Below are positions 42,847-58,085 of a stretch of 64,000 bases of DNA, piece by piece (positions within the stretch are counted from its first letter, which is position 1; each line of letters opens with the position of its first letter). Position numbers and translations under genes: made by a program. Location: contig NC_043026.1 in assembly GCF_006345805.1 (NCBI RefSeq), positions 9,176,001-9,240,000 of the forward strand. Reading direction: 5' to 3'. Under the pieces are notes generated by a model. That model was not told where the DNA came from, searched no databases, and worked only from the letters and a program-made list of their open reading frames with translations. Source of the DNA: Octopus sinensis (taxonomy: Eukaryota).

Positions 42847-43021
42847 ACTTACGGAAATGTCTTTATAAAGGATGGTGTTGTTGTTGGAAGTGCGTCAGGT
42901 GGTTGAGAAATCTATTACAAATGTGTTTAGGAGTGAATTGAGAGAAATTCTGGCACCAGACTTCAAATGTTTGTCGTAACGTAATGAATGGGGGCGTACG
43001 TACGTTTAGTGCGCATGCGTA
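42847..43021 (-). promoter_or_regulatory. Putative promoter / exon 1 of ZNF-E
   Basis: Motif 43010-43021; GTAAGT donor at 42852-42847; acceptor at 40463. Confidence 0.6.
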
Positions 43022-43384
43022 TGAAATATTGGTTTCAAATTTTGGCACAACGCCAGCAATATCGGCGGAGGTGTTGGGGGGGGGGCCTAAGTCGCTTACC
43101 TTGACCTCTGTAGACAACTAGTATTTATTTTATTGTGTCCCGCCCCAGCAAAGATATTAAAGGCAAAGTCGACCTCGTCGTAATTTACGCATATATACAT
43201 AAATATCGATGTAGGCACAACACGTGCACCCCACCGATGTCTGGTGTTTTTTTTTGGGGGGGCGGGGGTCCCAAAAATGTTTTTCGGATTCTGATATCAT
43301 CGATATAGAATACGATTTTGGCAACTATCGCGTTTTCGTAGAACACCTATTTACTGTATCTGTAGAAAAACGGCCGTTGAAGAA

Positions 43385-44049
43385 AATATCTTACAAATAT
43401 CTTACAAACTACAGAATTTTCTCAATAAAGCCAAGAGGAAAAGATGTTTTTATGTAACACATTCTACCAGTATACGAAGTTTAAAACTTTTTAGTTACCT
43501 AGAAATTATGTTAAAAACTGCCGTTCAAACAGAAAAGATCCCCAATCTGTTTCTTAAACAAGGGACATATTCATACGGCACAGAATGTTTTTTTACCTCA
43601 ATAGACGTGAGTGATTGGTTGAAATTGCCGAAATGCTTGAAATTAAAGACGAAATTCTTACAAACTACACAATTTTCTCAATGAAGCCAAACAGGAAAAT
43701 ATGTTTTATGTAACCCATTCTACCAGTATACGAAGTTTAAAACTTTTTAGTTACCTAGAAATTATGTTAAAACTGCCGTTCAACAGAAAAGATCCCCAAT
43801 CTGTTTCTTAAACAAGGGACATATTCATACCGGCACAGAATGTTTTTTTACCTCAATAGACGTGAGTGATTGGTTGAAATTGCCGAAATGCTTGAAATAA
43901 AGACGAATATCTTACAAACTACACAATTTTCTCAATGAAGCCAACAGGAAAAGATGTTTTTATGTACACATTCTACCAGTATACGAAGTTTAAAACTTTT
44001 TAGTTACCTAAAATTATGTTAAAAACTGCCGTTCAAACAGAAAAGATCC
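43385..44049. repeat. 256-bp tandem repeat, ~2.6 units
   Basis: GAAAAGATCC at 43532, 43786, 44040. Confidence 0.9.
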
Positions 44050-44216
44050 ATAAACTTTGCCTTTCACTTTTTTTTTTCTGCTGGGTTCAATAAAATAAAT
44101 ACCAGTTGACTACTCGGGTCCATGAAATCGACTGACACTTGACCCTCCCCGAAATTTCTGGTTTTCTACCAAATCTTTAAAAAACAAAAGAAAAAAGAAG
44201 AAAAACCAGTATTTCA

Positions 44217-44384
44217 TACGCATGCGCACTAAGCGTATTTTCCGCCTAATTCTTCATTTTAACAAACTTGATTTCAGTCGGAATTTCTCTCAATTCACTC
44301 CCAAACACATTTATAATACATTTCTCACCCACCTGACGCACTTCTAACAACAACACCATCCTTTTTTAAACCATTTCCGTAAGT
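44217..44384 (+). promoter_or_regulatory. Putative promoter / exon 1 of ZNF-F
   Basis: Motif 44217-44228; GTAAGT 44379-44384; acceptor AG 45949-45950. Confidence 0.6.
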
Positions 44385-44945
44385 ATTAAACTATTTAATT
44401 TCTAAATACTTCCTGTCTCAGATGTCCTTTGATTGTGCGACATTTGGCTGCTATTTCTAGCTATGGCGGCTACCTTCTACACTTTCCATCATTTTTCCCA
44501 CGTTTCTTGTGTTTTCACTGTGGATAAATGCCAGAAACGGCCTCAGACCTCACCGATATTTTAAATCGTAAACAGAAGCAACCAGGGGCGAAGAATAGGG
44601 TTGAAAAAAAATCATAAATGTGTTTTATGAGAGAAAAACTTCAAAGATGGGAAAGTGAAACTAGGAGGGTTGTCTTAGGATCTGCTAGAAACAACAGCCA
44701 AATCTCCCCTTAAATCACAACTTTTTCCTTTGAAAATATTTACAATTTTATTTTTTGTTACCGAAAAGGTTTCTTCTCCATCGTTTTTAAGGGCAAAAAT
44801 ATGTTTTTTTTTTTGTTTTTTTTTTCAAGTGAAAAGTGAAGGGGCTGGTGGTAAATGAAATTTTGAAAATGCGATTTTTCGAAAAAAGTTTTTTCAGATC
44901 GGATTTCTCCAAGAACCAAGTGGGATTCCGTAAAAAAAAAAACAG

Positions 44946-44985
<40 letters not shown>

Positions 44986-45086
44986 CAAAATGGGACAAGA
45001 CGCAAAACATCCAAATAGACGATACAAAAAACACGGACGGGTCATTGGAAGCCTTCTTCAGTCAAGAACCGGATCATCCTCGCAAT

Positions 45087-45315
45087 CCCTTTTACCCTAA
45101 CTTATGACGGAAAAATCGATCTTGTACATTTTCCGAATGTCCCCCCCCCCCGGTCGTTAGCACAGTTTTTTTTTTTTTTTTCATCATTTTCGTTTTCTAC
45201 ATAGTTTACGGACAAAACCCTTTGTAACTTTCGTCCTGTGTTTTTGTCCCTTTATGTTTTAATTGATTTTTGTTAGCCCTTGTGGCCAATAAACGAACGA
45301 ATTATTATTATTATT
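45087..45315 (+). mobile_element. Probable 3' end of a non-LTR retrotransposon
   Basis: T-rich UTR ending TTAGCCCTTGTGGCCAATAAA plus (ATT)n; resembles the family-2 SINE tail. Confidence 0.45.
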
Positions 45316-45690
45316 TTGTTGTCTTTGAACGACGATAATTTCCTGAACAGTGATTCTGTTATAATGGTTTCAATGCATTTAGGGAAGGCATTTGCTTTAG
45401 CTGATGTACTTTTTGTAGGCATTTAAACAAGAGGTCTATAAGTCCCCTATTCATCAATTTTCACAATATCACATCATCATCATCGTTTAGAGCATCCGTT
45501 TTCCATGCTAGCATGGGTTGGACGGTTCAACTGGGTCTGGGAAGCCAGAAGGCTGCACCAGGCCAGTCTGATATGGTAAAGTTTCTACGGCTGGATGCCC
45601 TTCCTAACGCCAACCACTCCGAGAGTGTAGTGGGTGCTTTTTACGTGCCAGACGAGTCTGGCAAACAGCCATGCCCGGATGGTGCTTTTT

Positions 45691-45744
<54 letters not shown>

Positions 45745-46321
45745 TATGAATGTTGTGCAGTAAGAATGTGTAACTGGAATTTAGAAATATGTTAACTTCA
45801 CACAAGATTTTCTGATGTAATTTTAATAAATTAAAAAAGTTCTGTTGTTCAGGTAAATGTTTATTTCTAGAGTTTATCTTTATGGAAACGTTGAATCTGT
45901 ATTTTTTCAGTAGCCTCTTATCTTACACTGTTGTTTCTTTATTATTTCAGAATATCAGATGACATTGGCATAACTAAGAAGATACATTCTCATTATTTAT
46001 CATCTTTTAAAGACCAAAATGAAAATATTGTACAGAACAGAATATAAGATTGTTTCTACAAATCTGTGGTGGATTCCTCTGATATATTTACTCTGAAATG
46101 TGTTATTAGCAAATCTTCTGGACATCACTGGCTGGAGTGTCTACAAGATGTGTCTCTTTGCAATTAAACTTGGTAAAATTTACTAACGAGTTTTGGGACA
46201 AAGGTAACAGTGGACAGAAATACAGCAGTCGAAATACTTGCAAACAAAAGACTATAGAAGTACAAAGAAGAAAACATATATTATCTATATATATATATAA
46301 TATATATATATTATATATGTT

Positions 46322-47630
<1,309 letters not shown>

Positions 47631-49694
47631 TATTTGTGCTAAATCATAATCTGTAAGGGGGTGACTGAACCCTTTACCATGCAGATTATTCTGTCGATGT
47701 GAGGGTTATTTATTCACATAATTTTCAATTTGTCCTGCATTAACCCACAGCTTTCAAATTTTGATGATATGATTGTGTATTTTCACAATGACATTGTAGG
47801 GTAGGTGTAAGAAGCCGACTCTGACTAGTTTGATCATAAAATAGGTAGAATATTTGGGCCAGATATGGCTGGTTTAAATTCTAAAGAGTGGGACACTAGA
47901 TGCACCAAGTTGTCTGATCTGGCAGTGTTTCTACAGCTGGATGCCCTTCCTAATGCCAACCTGTCTGTGAGTGTAGTGGGTGCTTTTTACGGTGCCACCT
48001 GCACAGGTGCCAGACGAGGCTGGCAAACGGCCACGATCGGATATTTTAAATACAGTCCTGCCCTGTCTCACTGTAGCATTGCTCTCCGCTAGTCCTGACC
48101 TGTATGTTCCACCCCCATTCCCTGTCTTACTGTATTATTGCTACTACTGGCTTGCCCTCAACCTATGTCTTCCACCCACATGTAACAAGAAAACTTTTTA
48201 CACACCCTGCCCCCACAAACCAATCTACATCTCTTTTTCACATTCCTTCCATACACTATGCCTACCTCTCACTCCCCCAATCCTGTCCTCATGGTGCTGT
48301 TCCTCTGTATCATTGCTATCCGGTAGCCCCCTGACCCTATATAATACCCAGGTTGTCATCACTCAACACACCCTACACTCTAATCATGCTTCCTTTGCAG
48401 TATCCTATTCCTTTACTCCCCACAAGGGGCTAAACACAGAGGGGACAAACGGATTAAGTCGATTACATCGACCCCAGTGCATAACTGGTACTTATTTAAT
48501 GGACCTCGGCGGAATTTGAACTCAGAGCCCAACGGCAGGCGAAATACCGCCTTTGCAGTATCCTGTCCCTTATATTATGACGTTTAAACCCCAAGGTTGT
48601 GCCCTGGCACTTGCCACCATCTATATCTCTTTCTTCCTTTACTCAAATCCCCATTTATGTTCTGATCCCCTCCCTAGTGAATACGCCCATCATTTAGCCA
48701 CTATATCCATCGTGTTGTCTCCCACCCTCTATCACCTTCTCCTGCTTTTCCCTCGGGCTGGGTAACCATGTATCTCCTTTGTGGCGGCACACCCGTTTCT
48801 GTCTTCATCCTGATCTCTCTCTCTCTCTGGCCTGGTAAACTTGTACTTCCTCTACAGCAACGGACAGATCTCAACAACAGATGCTGCCCAACAAACAGAA
48901 CCAAGCCATGAAGATGCTACAGAATTTCAACTGTGATACAACTCCCACTGTTCCAGATAGAGTTTGTTAAAACTTGCCAAACCTGTTACTTCACAATTTG
49001 TAAGAAATTTGCCATGTATTTTTATAAAGAGTTGTAATAAATAATAGTTGCCTTCAATTTACCTGGTTCTTCTTGTCATTCTTTTATATAAAGGTAACTC
49101 CAGGCACACAAACTAGACCAGCCACAGTTAACTCGCCAGCAAAACTCATAACCAATGCTACAGAATTTCAACTGTGATACAACTTCCACTATTCCAGATC
49201 GAGTTTGTTAAAATTTCTGACGGTTCAACTGGGGTCTGGGAAACCAGAAGGCTGCACTAGGCCCAGTCTGATCTGACAAAGTTTCTACAGCTGGATGCCC
49301 TTCCTAATGCCAACCACTCCGTTAGTGTAGTGGTTGCTTTCACGTGCCACTGGCACGGAGGCCAAACGATGCTGGCAACAGCTACAATCGGATGGTGCTT
49401 TTTACGTGCAACCTGCACGGAGGACAGACGGGCTGCGCTGGCAGCGGCCACGTTCAGATGGTTCCTTTGTGTGTGTATATGTATATATACTACTCGTAGT
49501 AATACCTGTCATTAATTGGGTAATTGCTTTTATTCTTTCTTGAGAGCCCCATTCAAAGTATTATTATATGTATAGTTTACCCCTCCTGTATGTGTGTATT
49601 TTATAAGAGAAAAATGAAATAACTGAAGTAGGAAAAAGACCAGTTTCATACACAGGCTTCTGTTTTATTTATCAGAACACTAATGGCAATTATA

Positions 49695-50734
49695 TACTCC
49701 TTACTCTTTTACTTGTTTCAGTCATTGACTTTGAGTAAGTCCTCAACACCACCGTCTTCCTTTCAAGCTCTTTTAACCATTTTTTGGGAGCTGTCAAGTC
49801 CCACACAAGAAATTCCTTTGCCATTTCAACACAAAGTTCAATTACAGTTCAAAATGTAAGAAAATAAAACAAGACACAAAAAAAGAAGGGAAGAAATAAA
49901 ATAAAAAATAACAGTTCAAAAAAGAGTTCTTTTATTCTTTTAAAATAAACGAAAGCTTTGAAGAAGAGAGTTCAAATCCAGGCAAAGAAATAAATTAATT
50001 TTCGGCCCGAAAAGGTACTCCTGGCCAAATGTACATAGGTTCCTTGGTATGAATCGTCTTTACCCGTAATTGGTAAAAGAAATCCAAACACAATACTGGC
50101 TACAGCCAACGGTAACTGTACCAGGTTCTAATCATTCGGGCGAGGATACGTCCCTCCACTGCTTTTTTTTTTTTTTAATGAATCCAAAATATTCCCACTA
50201 AATTCACAAAACAGCAGCAGCGAAATTTGTTAACAAAAATAACAATATAACAAATTACACCCAGCTCAGATAAAACAAAATCACTGGCCTCGACAACCTT
50301 CTCTGTTTTTGTTCTTTTTTCTTGTAATTGTCCAGAGCCAAAACACTCACGTCCACCTTGCAAAACAGTCCTTCCTGCCTTGGTAATCCACAGACACGAA
50401 GATAATTTTCGCAAAGAAATTAATTTTTGCGGAGGGGCTATGCCTCCTCGAAAACACAATTCTCACTGCAAAGTGAGTCTTTATAGGCGGCCACAGGCAG
50501 GCAAATGTCTGGAGCAGATTGGAGTCTATTACTCACCAAAAAATATTAAATACAGGGCAACAAACTCCACTAAACCCTCAAAATATACGACAAACGCCTA
50601 CCTGTAGTCGAGCCTCAAAGTTCAATATTTCACGACGAAAGACGTGACATCAAGCAGCAAGAACTCTCTGCCAAAAACAAACACGTCCGTCTCCGACAAA
50701 GGTAAGCAAGCTACTTACCACACAACTACTCCTG
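49695..50734 (-). mobile_element. Composite: SINE-1 head + retroelement 5' region/ORF1 start + SINE-1 tail
   Basis: Head at 50701-50734, tail at 49695-49730; a further copy at 60737-61766. Confidence 0.65.
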
Positions 50735-51014
50735 TTTACTCAATTTGAAAACTCTTTGTATTGTCTTTTGTCTCCTGTGTCTGTGTGTGTGCGCCTAAGT
50801 TCATATATGAGTAGTGTCCCTTTAATATCACGCAAAAATTGATAAAAATTTGAGAATTAAAATTAAATATCTTTTTTCTAATTGATAGAATTTTACTAAA
50901 CCTTTGGATGGCAAATTGAAAATAATGTGAATATATAAACATCGCATTCGACAGAATAACGTACATGGTAAAGGGTTTCAGTAACCCCTTAGAGATTATG
51001 ATTTAGTTTAAATA

Positions 51015-52019
51015 TTAGTGGGATTGCTTCTTCCCCTTATGAACACATTTGTGAGAAGTTAAGCTGCTATGTTGAGTAAATGACCTTCCACAGATATCAC
51101 AAGAATATGGTGTCTCTCCTGTATGAATACGTTTATGGGTCATTAGGTTACTACTGGTAGAGAAAGATTTATTACAGACATCACAAGAATATGGTGTCTC
51201 TCCTGTATGAATACGTTTATGTTTAGCTAAGTTGCCACTTTGAGAGAATGATTTACCACAGATTTCACAGTGAAATAGTGTCTCTCCTGTATGAATACGT
51301 TTGTGTAAAGTCAAATAAATATTTTCAGAGAATAATTTACCACAGATATCACAAGAATATGGTGTTTCTCCTGTATGAATACGTCTGTGTCCAGTTAAGT
51401 TAGAACTCATGGTGAATGATTTACCACAGATATCACAAGGATATGGTGACTCTCCTGTATGAATACGTTTATGATAAGTTAGAGCACTTTTACCAGGAAA
51501 TAATTTACCACAGATATTACAGGAATATGGCTTCTTTCCTGTATGAATACGCTTGTGATTAGTTAAAGCACTTCTATGAGAGAATGATTTACCACAGATG
51601 TCACATTGAAATGGCTTCTCTCCTGTATGACAATGCTGGTGATTATTTAAAACACTTTGGTCAGAGAATCTTGTACCACAGACACTACAATGATATGGTG
51701 ACTCTCCTGTATGAATACGTTTATGTTGAGTTAGAGCACTGTTATCAGAAAATAATTTGCCACAGATATTACAGGAATATGGCTTCTCTCCTGTATGAAT
51801 ACGTTTATGTTTAGCTAAGCTGCCACTTTGAGAGAATGATTTACCACAGATTTCACAGTGAAATGGCTTCTCTCCTGTATGAATACGTTTGTGACTATTT
51901 AAGTTACATTTACTTGAGAAAGACTTTTTACACACATCACAGTCATGTGACAATTTTTGTCTCTCTTTTTTGCTAACTTCTGGTAAAATCTGTTCCTTCA
52001 CTTTCTCACTCTTTTCCAT
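51015..52019 (-). CDS. ZNF-G: C2H2 protein, 11 fingers (334 aa), intact
   Basis: Uninterrupted ORF. Confidence 0.95.
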   Translation of the reverse strand: MEKSEKVKEQILPEVSKKERQKLSHDCDVCKKSFSSKCNLNSHKRIHTGEKPFHCEICGKSFSQSGSLAKHKRIHTGEKPYSCNICGKLFSDNSALTQHKRIHTGESPYHCSVCGTRFSDQSVLNNHQHCHTGEKPFQCDICGKSFSHRSALTNHKRIHTGKKPYSCNICGKLFPGKSALTYHKRIHTGESPYPCDICGKSFTMSSNLTGHRRIHTGETPYSCDICGKLFSENIYLTLHKRIHTGETLFHCEICGKSFSQSGNLAKHKRIHTGETPYSCDVCNKSFSTSSNLMTHKRIHTGETPYSCDICGRSFTQHSSLTSHKCVHKGKKQSH

Positions 52020-54658
52020 TATTTTTCCTTCAACTTCACAATATACCTTCTTTTTTTATTCTTTTTGCTTCTATAGTCTTTTGTTTACAAATATTTCAAC
52101 TGTTGTATTTCTGGCCACTGTTACCTTTGTCACAAAACAACTAAATTTATCCACATTCAATCTGCAAACAGGCTCATCTTGTAGACACTCCAGCCAGTGA
52201 TGTCCAGAAGGTTTGCTAATAACACATTTCAGAGTAAATATATCAGAGGAATTCCACCACAGATTTATAGAAACAATCTTATATATCTGTTCTGTACAAT
52301 ATTTCCATTTTGGTCTTTAAAAAGCTGATAAATAATGAGAATGTATCTTCAGTTATGCCAATGTCATCTGATATTCTGAAATAATAAAGAAACAACAGTG
52401 TAAGATATGGAGGCTACTTAAAAAAATACAGATTCAACATTTCCATAAAGATAAACTCTAGAAATAAACATTTAACTGAACAACAGAACTTTCTAATTTA
52501 TTAATATTTACATCACAAAATCCTGTTTGAAGCTAAAATATTTCTAAACTCCAGCTCCACATTCATAAAAACACACACATACACTTTTTTACTGGTTTCA
52601 GTTGTTTTGACTGTGGTCATGCTGGAGCACCAACTTTAAAGGCTTCAGTCAATAGAATCAATGCTAGGACTTATTTTTTGAGCTTAGCACTTATTCTATC
52701 AGCCACTTTTGCCAAACCACAGGTTTATGGGGACATAAACACACCAACACTGTTTGTCAAGTGTTGAAGGGGTGGGAGGACAACACACCCACATATATAT
52801 TGGGCTTCCTTCAGTTTCCATCTCCCAAATCCATTCACAAGGCCAGAGGATATTGTAGAAAATGTATGTCTGTGACTAGTTACCTAACAGCTCACAATTT
52901 CTTCTCTTTAACTCCATAAAGGGAAAAAATTACTGGAAATAGTCATTACTCATTTTGCCCCATGAGGAGATTCCACGAATGATTACAAAAAGTTTATCAG
53001 CCAAGCAAATGGCCTTCCCTGAATGCATTGAAAACATTATAACAGAATCACTATTTCAGGAAATCATCATTGTTCTCTTTGAGTGTGTAGAAAGAGAAAT
53101 TTGGCAGAGGCAAGAAAAGGTGAAATTGTCTCTTCAATTTATCCAGAATTACATTTGAAAACAAAGACTCAAACACATCAATATCTATCCTTCGACATCT
53201 TAAAGATCAGAAATGCAAAAAGCTATTTAAGTATCGAATTCAAATGAAAGAGAATCAGAGAAAAATTGCAAATGATGTGAAATTAATGAATATCGAATAA
53301 ATGGGGGGAAAAAATCAACATAAAATATCATCAACAGTTTCTTCAAGATCTCTTCGTGGTTAGGGCAGCGGACTCGCGGTCGTAGGATTGCGGTTTCGAT
53401 TCCCAGACCGGGCGTTGTGAGTGTTTATTGAGCGAAAACACCAAAAAGCTCCACGAGGCCCCGGCAGGGGATGGTGGTGATCCCTGCTGTACTCTTTCAC
53501 CACAACTTTCTCTCACTCTTACTTCCTGTTTCTGTTGTACCTGTATTTCAAAGGGCCGGCCTTGTCACTCTGTGTCACGCTGAATGTCCCCGAGAACTAC
53601 GTTAAGGGTACACGTGTTTGTGGAGTGCTCATCGTCGTAACCGACGGAGTGCTTCCATCCACTAACAAGAGATTATTGAAAGTAGTCATTACTCATTTTG
53701 CCCCATCTTAGTCATGATTTTTGATAATTGAAAATTACCAAATTAGACACTAAACGGGGGTTAAAAATTGATCTGGAATCTAAGAGAGAGAAGAATATTG
53801 ATGGTTAAACACCGAACATCATCCAGATAATTTATTAGTAACCTCGATTATTATCGGATTGAGAGTTGAGGGAAAATTTCTTGATATTAAAAAGGACCTG
53901 CAACTCCAACAACTATAAGGACAAATTCCCAGTCCTAAATATATATTTCTTTACTCACCACAAGGGGCTAGACACTGAGGGGACAAACAAGGCCAGAAAA
54001 ACGGATTAAGTCGATTATATCGACCCCGAAAGGATGAAAGGCAAAGTCGACCCCGGCGGAATTTGAACTCAGAACGTAACGGCAGACGAAATATCTATTT
54101 TTTTACTGCCCACAAGGGGCTAAACACAGAGGGAAGAAACAAGGACAGACATAGGTATTAAGTCGATTACATCGACCCCAGTGCGTAACTGGTACTTTAT
54201 TTATCGACCCCGCCGGAATTTAAACTCAGAACGTAACGGCAGACGAAATACGTCCACGCATTTCGCCCGGGGTGTTAACCCTTCTGCCAGCTCGCCGCCA
54301 TCCCCAGTCCTAAAATATAATGTAGCAATACTCACAAAAATCATAAATCCAAACAAATTAGGAGAAACGGGAAAATACTCATTTTGCCCCGCTTACTAAT
54401 TATGTCCCTTACCTTATATCAAGAAACAAGGGTTCGATAAATTATAATAAAGCATTGGATTCTCAGCATTTCTGTGGTTGGAGTTTATTTTAAGAACATT
54501 TCTCCACCTAAAACACACAACAAACAAACTTAAAGAAGAAACGATGGAGCGTGTAGGAGGTTGCCGCCATAGCTAGAAATAGCAGCGAAATGTGGAACAG
54601 ATCAAAGGACATCTGAGACACCAAAGTATTAAAAGATTAAATGTTTTCGTTGTTTAAT

Positions 54659-54833
54659 ACTTACGGAAATGTCTTTATAAAGGATGGTATTGTTGTTGGA
54701 AGTGCGTCAGGTGGTTGAGAAATCTATTACAAATGTGTTTGGGAGTGAATTGAGAGAAATTCAGGCACCAGACTTCAAATGTTTGTCGTAACGTAATGAA
54801 TGGGGGCGTACGTACGTTTAGTGCGCATGCGTA
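54659..54833 (-). promoter_or_regulatory. Putative promoter / exon 1 of ZNF-G
   Basis: Motif 54822-54833; donor at 54664-54659; acceptor at 52376. Confidence 0.6.
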
Positions 54834-55194
54834 TGAAATATTGGTTTCAAATTTTGGCACAACGCCAGCAATATCGGCGGAGGTGTTGGGGGGGGGACCT
54901 AAGTCGCTTACCTTGACCTCAGTAGACAACTAGTATTTATTTTATTGTGTCCCGCCCCAGCAAAGATATTAAAGGCAAAGTCGACCTCGTCGTAATTTAC
55001 GCATATATACATAAATATCGATGTAGGCACAACACGTGCACCCCACCGATGTCTGGGTGTTTTTTTGGGGGGGGCGGGGGTCCCAAAAATGTTTTCGGAT
55101 TCTGATATCATCGATATAGAATACGATTTTGGCAAACTATCGCGTTTTCGTAGAACACCTATTTACTGTATCTGTAGAAAAACGGCCGTTGAAG

Positions 55195-57142
55195 AAAATA
55201 TCTTACAAATATCTTACAAACTACAGAATTTTCTCAATAAAGCCAAGAGGAAAAGATGTTTTATGTAACACATTCTACCAGTATACGAAGTTTAAAACTT
55301 TTTAGTTACCTAGAAATTATGTTAAAAACTGCCGTTCAAACAGAAAAGATCCCCAATCTGTTTCTTAAACAAGGGACATATTCATACGGCACAGAATGTT
55401 TTTTTACCTCAATAGACGTGAGTGATTGGTTGAAATTGCCGAAATGCTTGAAATTAAAGACGAAATATCTTACAAACTACACAATTTTCTCAATGAAGCC
55501 AACAGGAAAATATGTTTTATGTAACACATTCTACCAGTATACGAAGTTTAAAACTTTTTAGTTACCTAGAAATTATGTTAAAAACTGCCGTTCAAACAGA
55601 AAAGATCCCCAATCTGTTTCTTAAACAAGGGACATATTCATACGGCACAGAATGTTTTTTTACCTCAATAGACGTGAGTGATTGGTTGAAATTGCCGAAA
55701 TGCTTGAAATTAAAGACGAAATATCTTACAAACTACACAATTTTCTCAATGAAGCCAACAGGAAAAGATGTTTTATGTAACACATTCTACCAGTATACGA
55801 AGTTTAAAAGTTTTTAGTTACCTAGAAATTATGATAAAAACTGCCGTTCAAACAGAAAAGATCCCCAATCTGTTTCTTAAACAAGGGACATATTCATACG
55901 GCACAGAATGTTTTTTTACCTCAATAGACGTGAGTGATTGGTTGAAATTGCCGAAATGCTTGAAATTAAAGACGAAATATCTTACAAACTACACAATTTT
56001 CTCAATGAAGCCAACAGGAAAAGATGTTTTATGTAACACATTCTACCAGTATACGAAGTTTAAAAGTTTTTAGTTACCTAGAAATTATGATAAAAACTGC
56101 CGTTCAAACAGAAAAGATCCCCAATCTGTTTCTTAAACAAGGGACATATTCATACGGCACAGAATGTTTTTTTACCTCAATAGACGTGAGTGATTGGTTG
56201 AAATTGCCGAAATGCTTGAAATTAAAGACGAAATATCTTACAAACTACACAATTTTCTCAATGAAGCCAACAGGAAAAGATGTTTTATGTAACACATTCT
56301 ACCAGTATACGAAGTTTAAAAGTTTTTAGTTACCTAGAAATTATGATAAAAACTGCCGTTCAAACAGAAAAGATCCCCAATCTGTTTCTTAAACAAGGGA
56401 CATATTCATACGGCACAGAATGTTTTTTTTACCTCAATAGACGTGAGTGATTGGTTGAAATTGCCGAAATGCTTGAAATTAAAGACGAAATATCTTACAA
56501 ACTACACAATTTTCTCAATGAAGCCAACAGGAAAATATGTTTTATGTAACACATTCTACCAGTATACGAAGTTTAAAACTTTTTAGTTACCTAGAAATTA
56601 TGATAAAAAACTGCCGTTCAAACAGAAAAGATCCCCAATCTGTTTCTTAAACAAGGGACATATTCATACGGCACAGAATGTTTTTTTTACCTCAATAGAC
56701 GAGTGATTGGTTGAAATTGCCGAAATGCTTGAAATTAAAGACGAAATATCTTACAAACTACACAATTTTCTCAATGAAGCCAACAGGAAAATATGTTTTA
56801 TGTAACACATTCTACCAGTATACGAAGTTTAAAACTTTTTAGTTACCTAGAAATTATGTTAAAAACTGCCGTTCAAACAGAAAAGATCCCAATCTGTTTC
56901 TTAAACAAGGGACATATTCATACGGCACAGAATGTTTTTTTACCTCAATAGACGTGAGTGATTGGTTGAAATTGCCGAAATGCTTGAAATTAAAGACGAA
57001 ATATCTTACAAACTACACAATTTTTCAATGAAGCCAACAGGAAAAGATGTTTTATGTAACACATTCTACCAGTATACGAAGTTTAAAACTTTTTAGTTAC
57101 CTAGAAATTATGTTAAAAACTGCCGTTCAACAGAAAAGATCC
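55195..57142. repeat. 256-bp tandem repeat, ~7.6 near-identical units
   Basis: ORF-track starts 55256/55512/55768/56024; eight GAAAAGATCC from 55343 to 57133. Confidence 0.95.
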
Positions 57143-57307
57143 ATAAACTTTGCCTTTCACTTTTTTTCTGCTGGGGTTCAATAAAATAAATACCAGTTGA
57201 CTACTCGGGTCCATGAAATCGACTGACACTTGACCCTCCCCGAAATTTCTGGTTTTCTACCAAAATCTTTAAAAAAACAAAAGAAAAAAAGAAAAACCAG
57301 TATTTCA

Positions 57308-57476
57308 TACGCATGCGCACTAAGCGTATTTCCGCCTAAATTCCTTCATTTTAACAAACTTGATTTCAGTCGGAATTTCTCTCAATTCACTCCCAAACAC
57401 ATTTATAATACATTTCTCAACCACCTGACGCACTTCTAACAACAACACCATCCTTTTTTAAACCATTTCCGTAAGT
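57308..57476 (+). promoter_or_regulatory. Putative promoter / exon 1 of ZNF-H
   Basis: Motif 57308-57319; GTAAGT 57471-57476. Confidence 0.6.
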
Positions 57477-58030
57477 ATTAAACTATTTAATTTCTAAATA
57501 CTTCCTGTCTCAGATGTCCTTTGATTTGTGCGACATTTGGCTGCTATTTCTAGCTATGGCGGCTACCTTCTACACTTTCCATCATTTTCCCACGTTTCTT
57601 GTGTTTTCACTGTGGATAAATGCCAGAAACGGCCTCAGACTCACCGATATTTTAAATCGTAAACAGAAGCAACCAGGGGCGAAGAATAGGGTTGAAAAAA
57701 AATCATAAATGTGTTTATGAAGAGAAAAACTTCAAAAGATGGGAAAGTGAAACGAGGAGGGTTGTCTTAGGATCTGCTAGAAACAACAGCCAAATCTCCC
57801 TTAAATCACACTTTTTCCTTTGAAAATATTTACAATATTTTATTTTTTTGTTACCGAAAAGGTTTCTCCATCGTTTTTAAGGGCAAAAAATATGTTTTTT
57901 TGTTTTTTTTTCAAGTGAAAAGTGAAGGGGCTGGTGGTAAATGAAATTTTGAAAATGCGATTTTCGAAAAAAGTTTTTTCAGGATCGGATCCTCCATAAC
58001 CAAAAAGTGGGATTCCGTAAAAAAAAACAG

Positions 58031-58083
<53 letters not shown>

Positions 58084-58085
<2 letters not shown>

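Noticed and set aside
55195-57142. CRISPR-like array or repeated 101-aa protein
   Set aside because: Units are near-identical 256-mers with no unique spacers and no cas genes; the period is not a multiple of 3, so the ORFs are satellite artefacts
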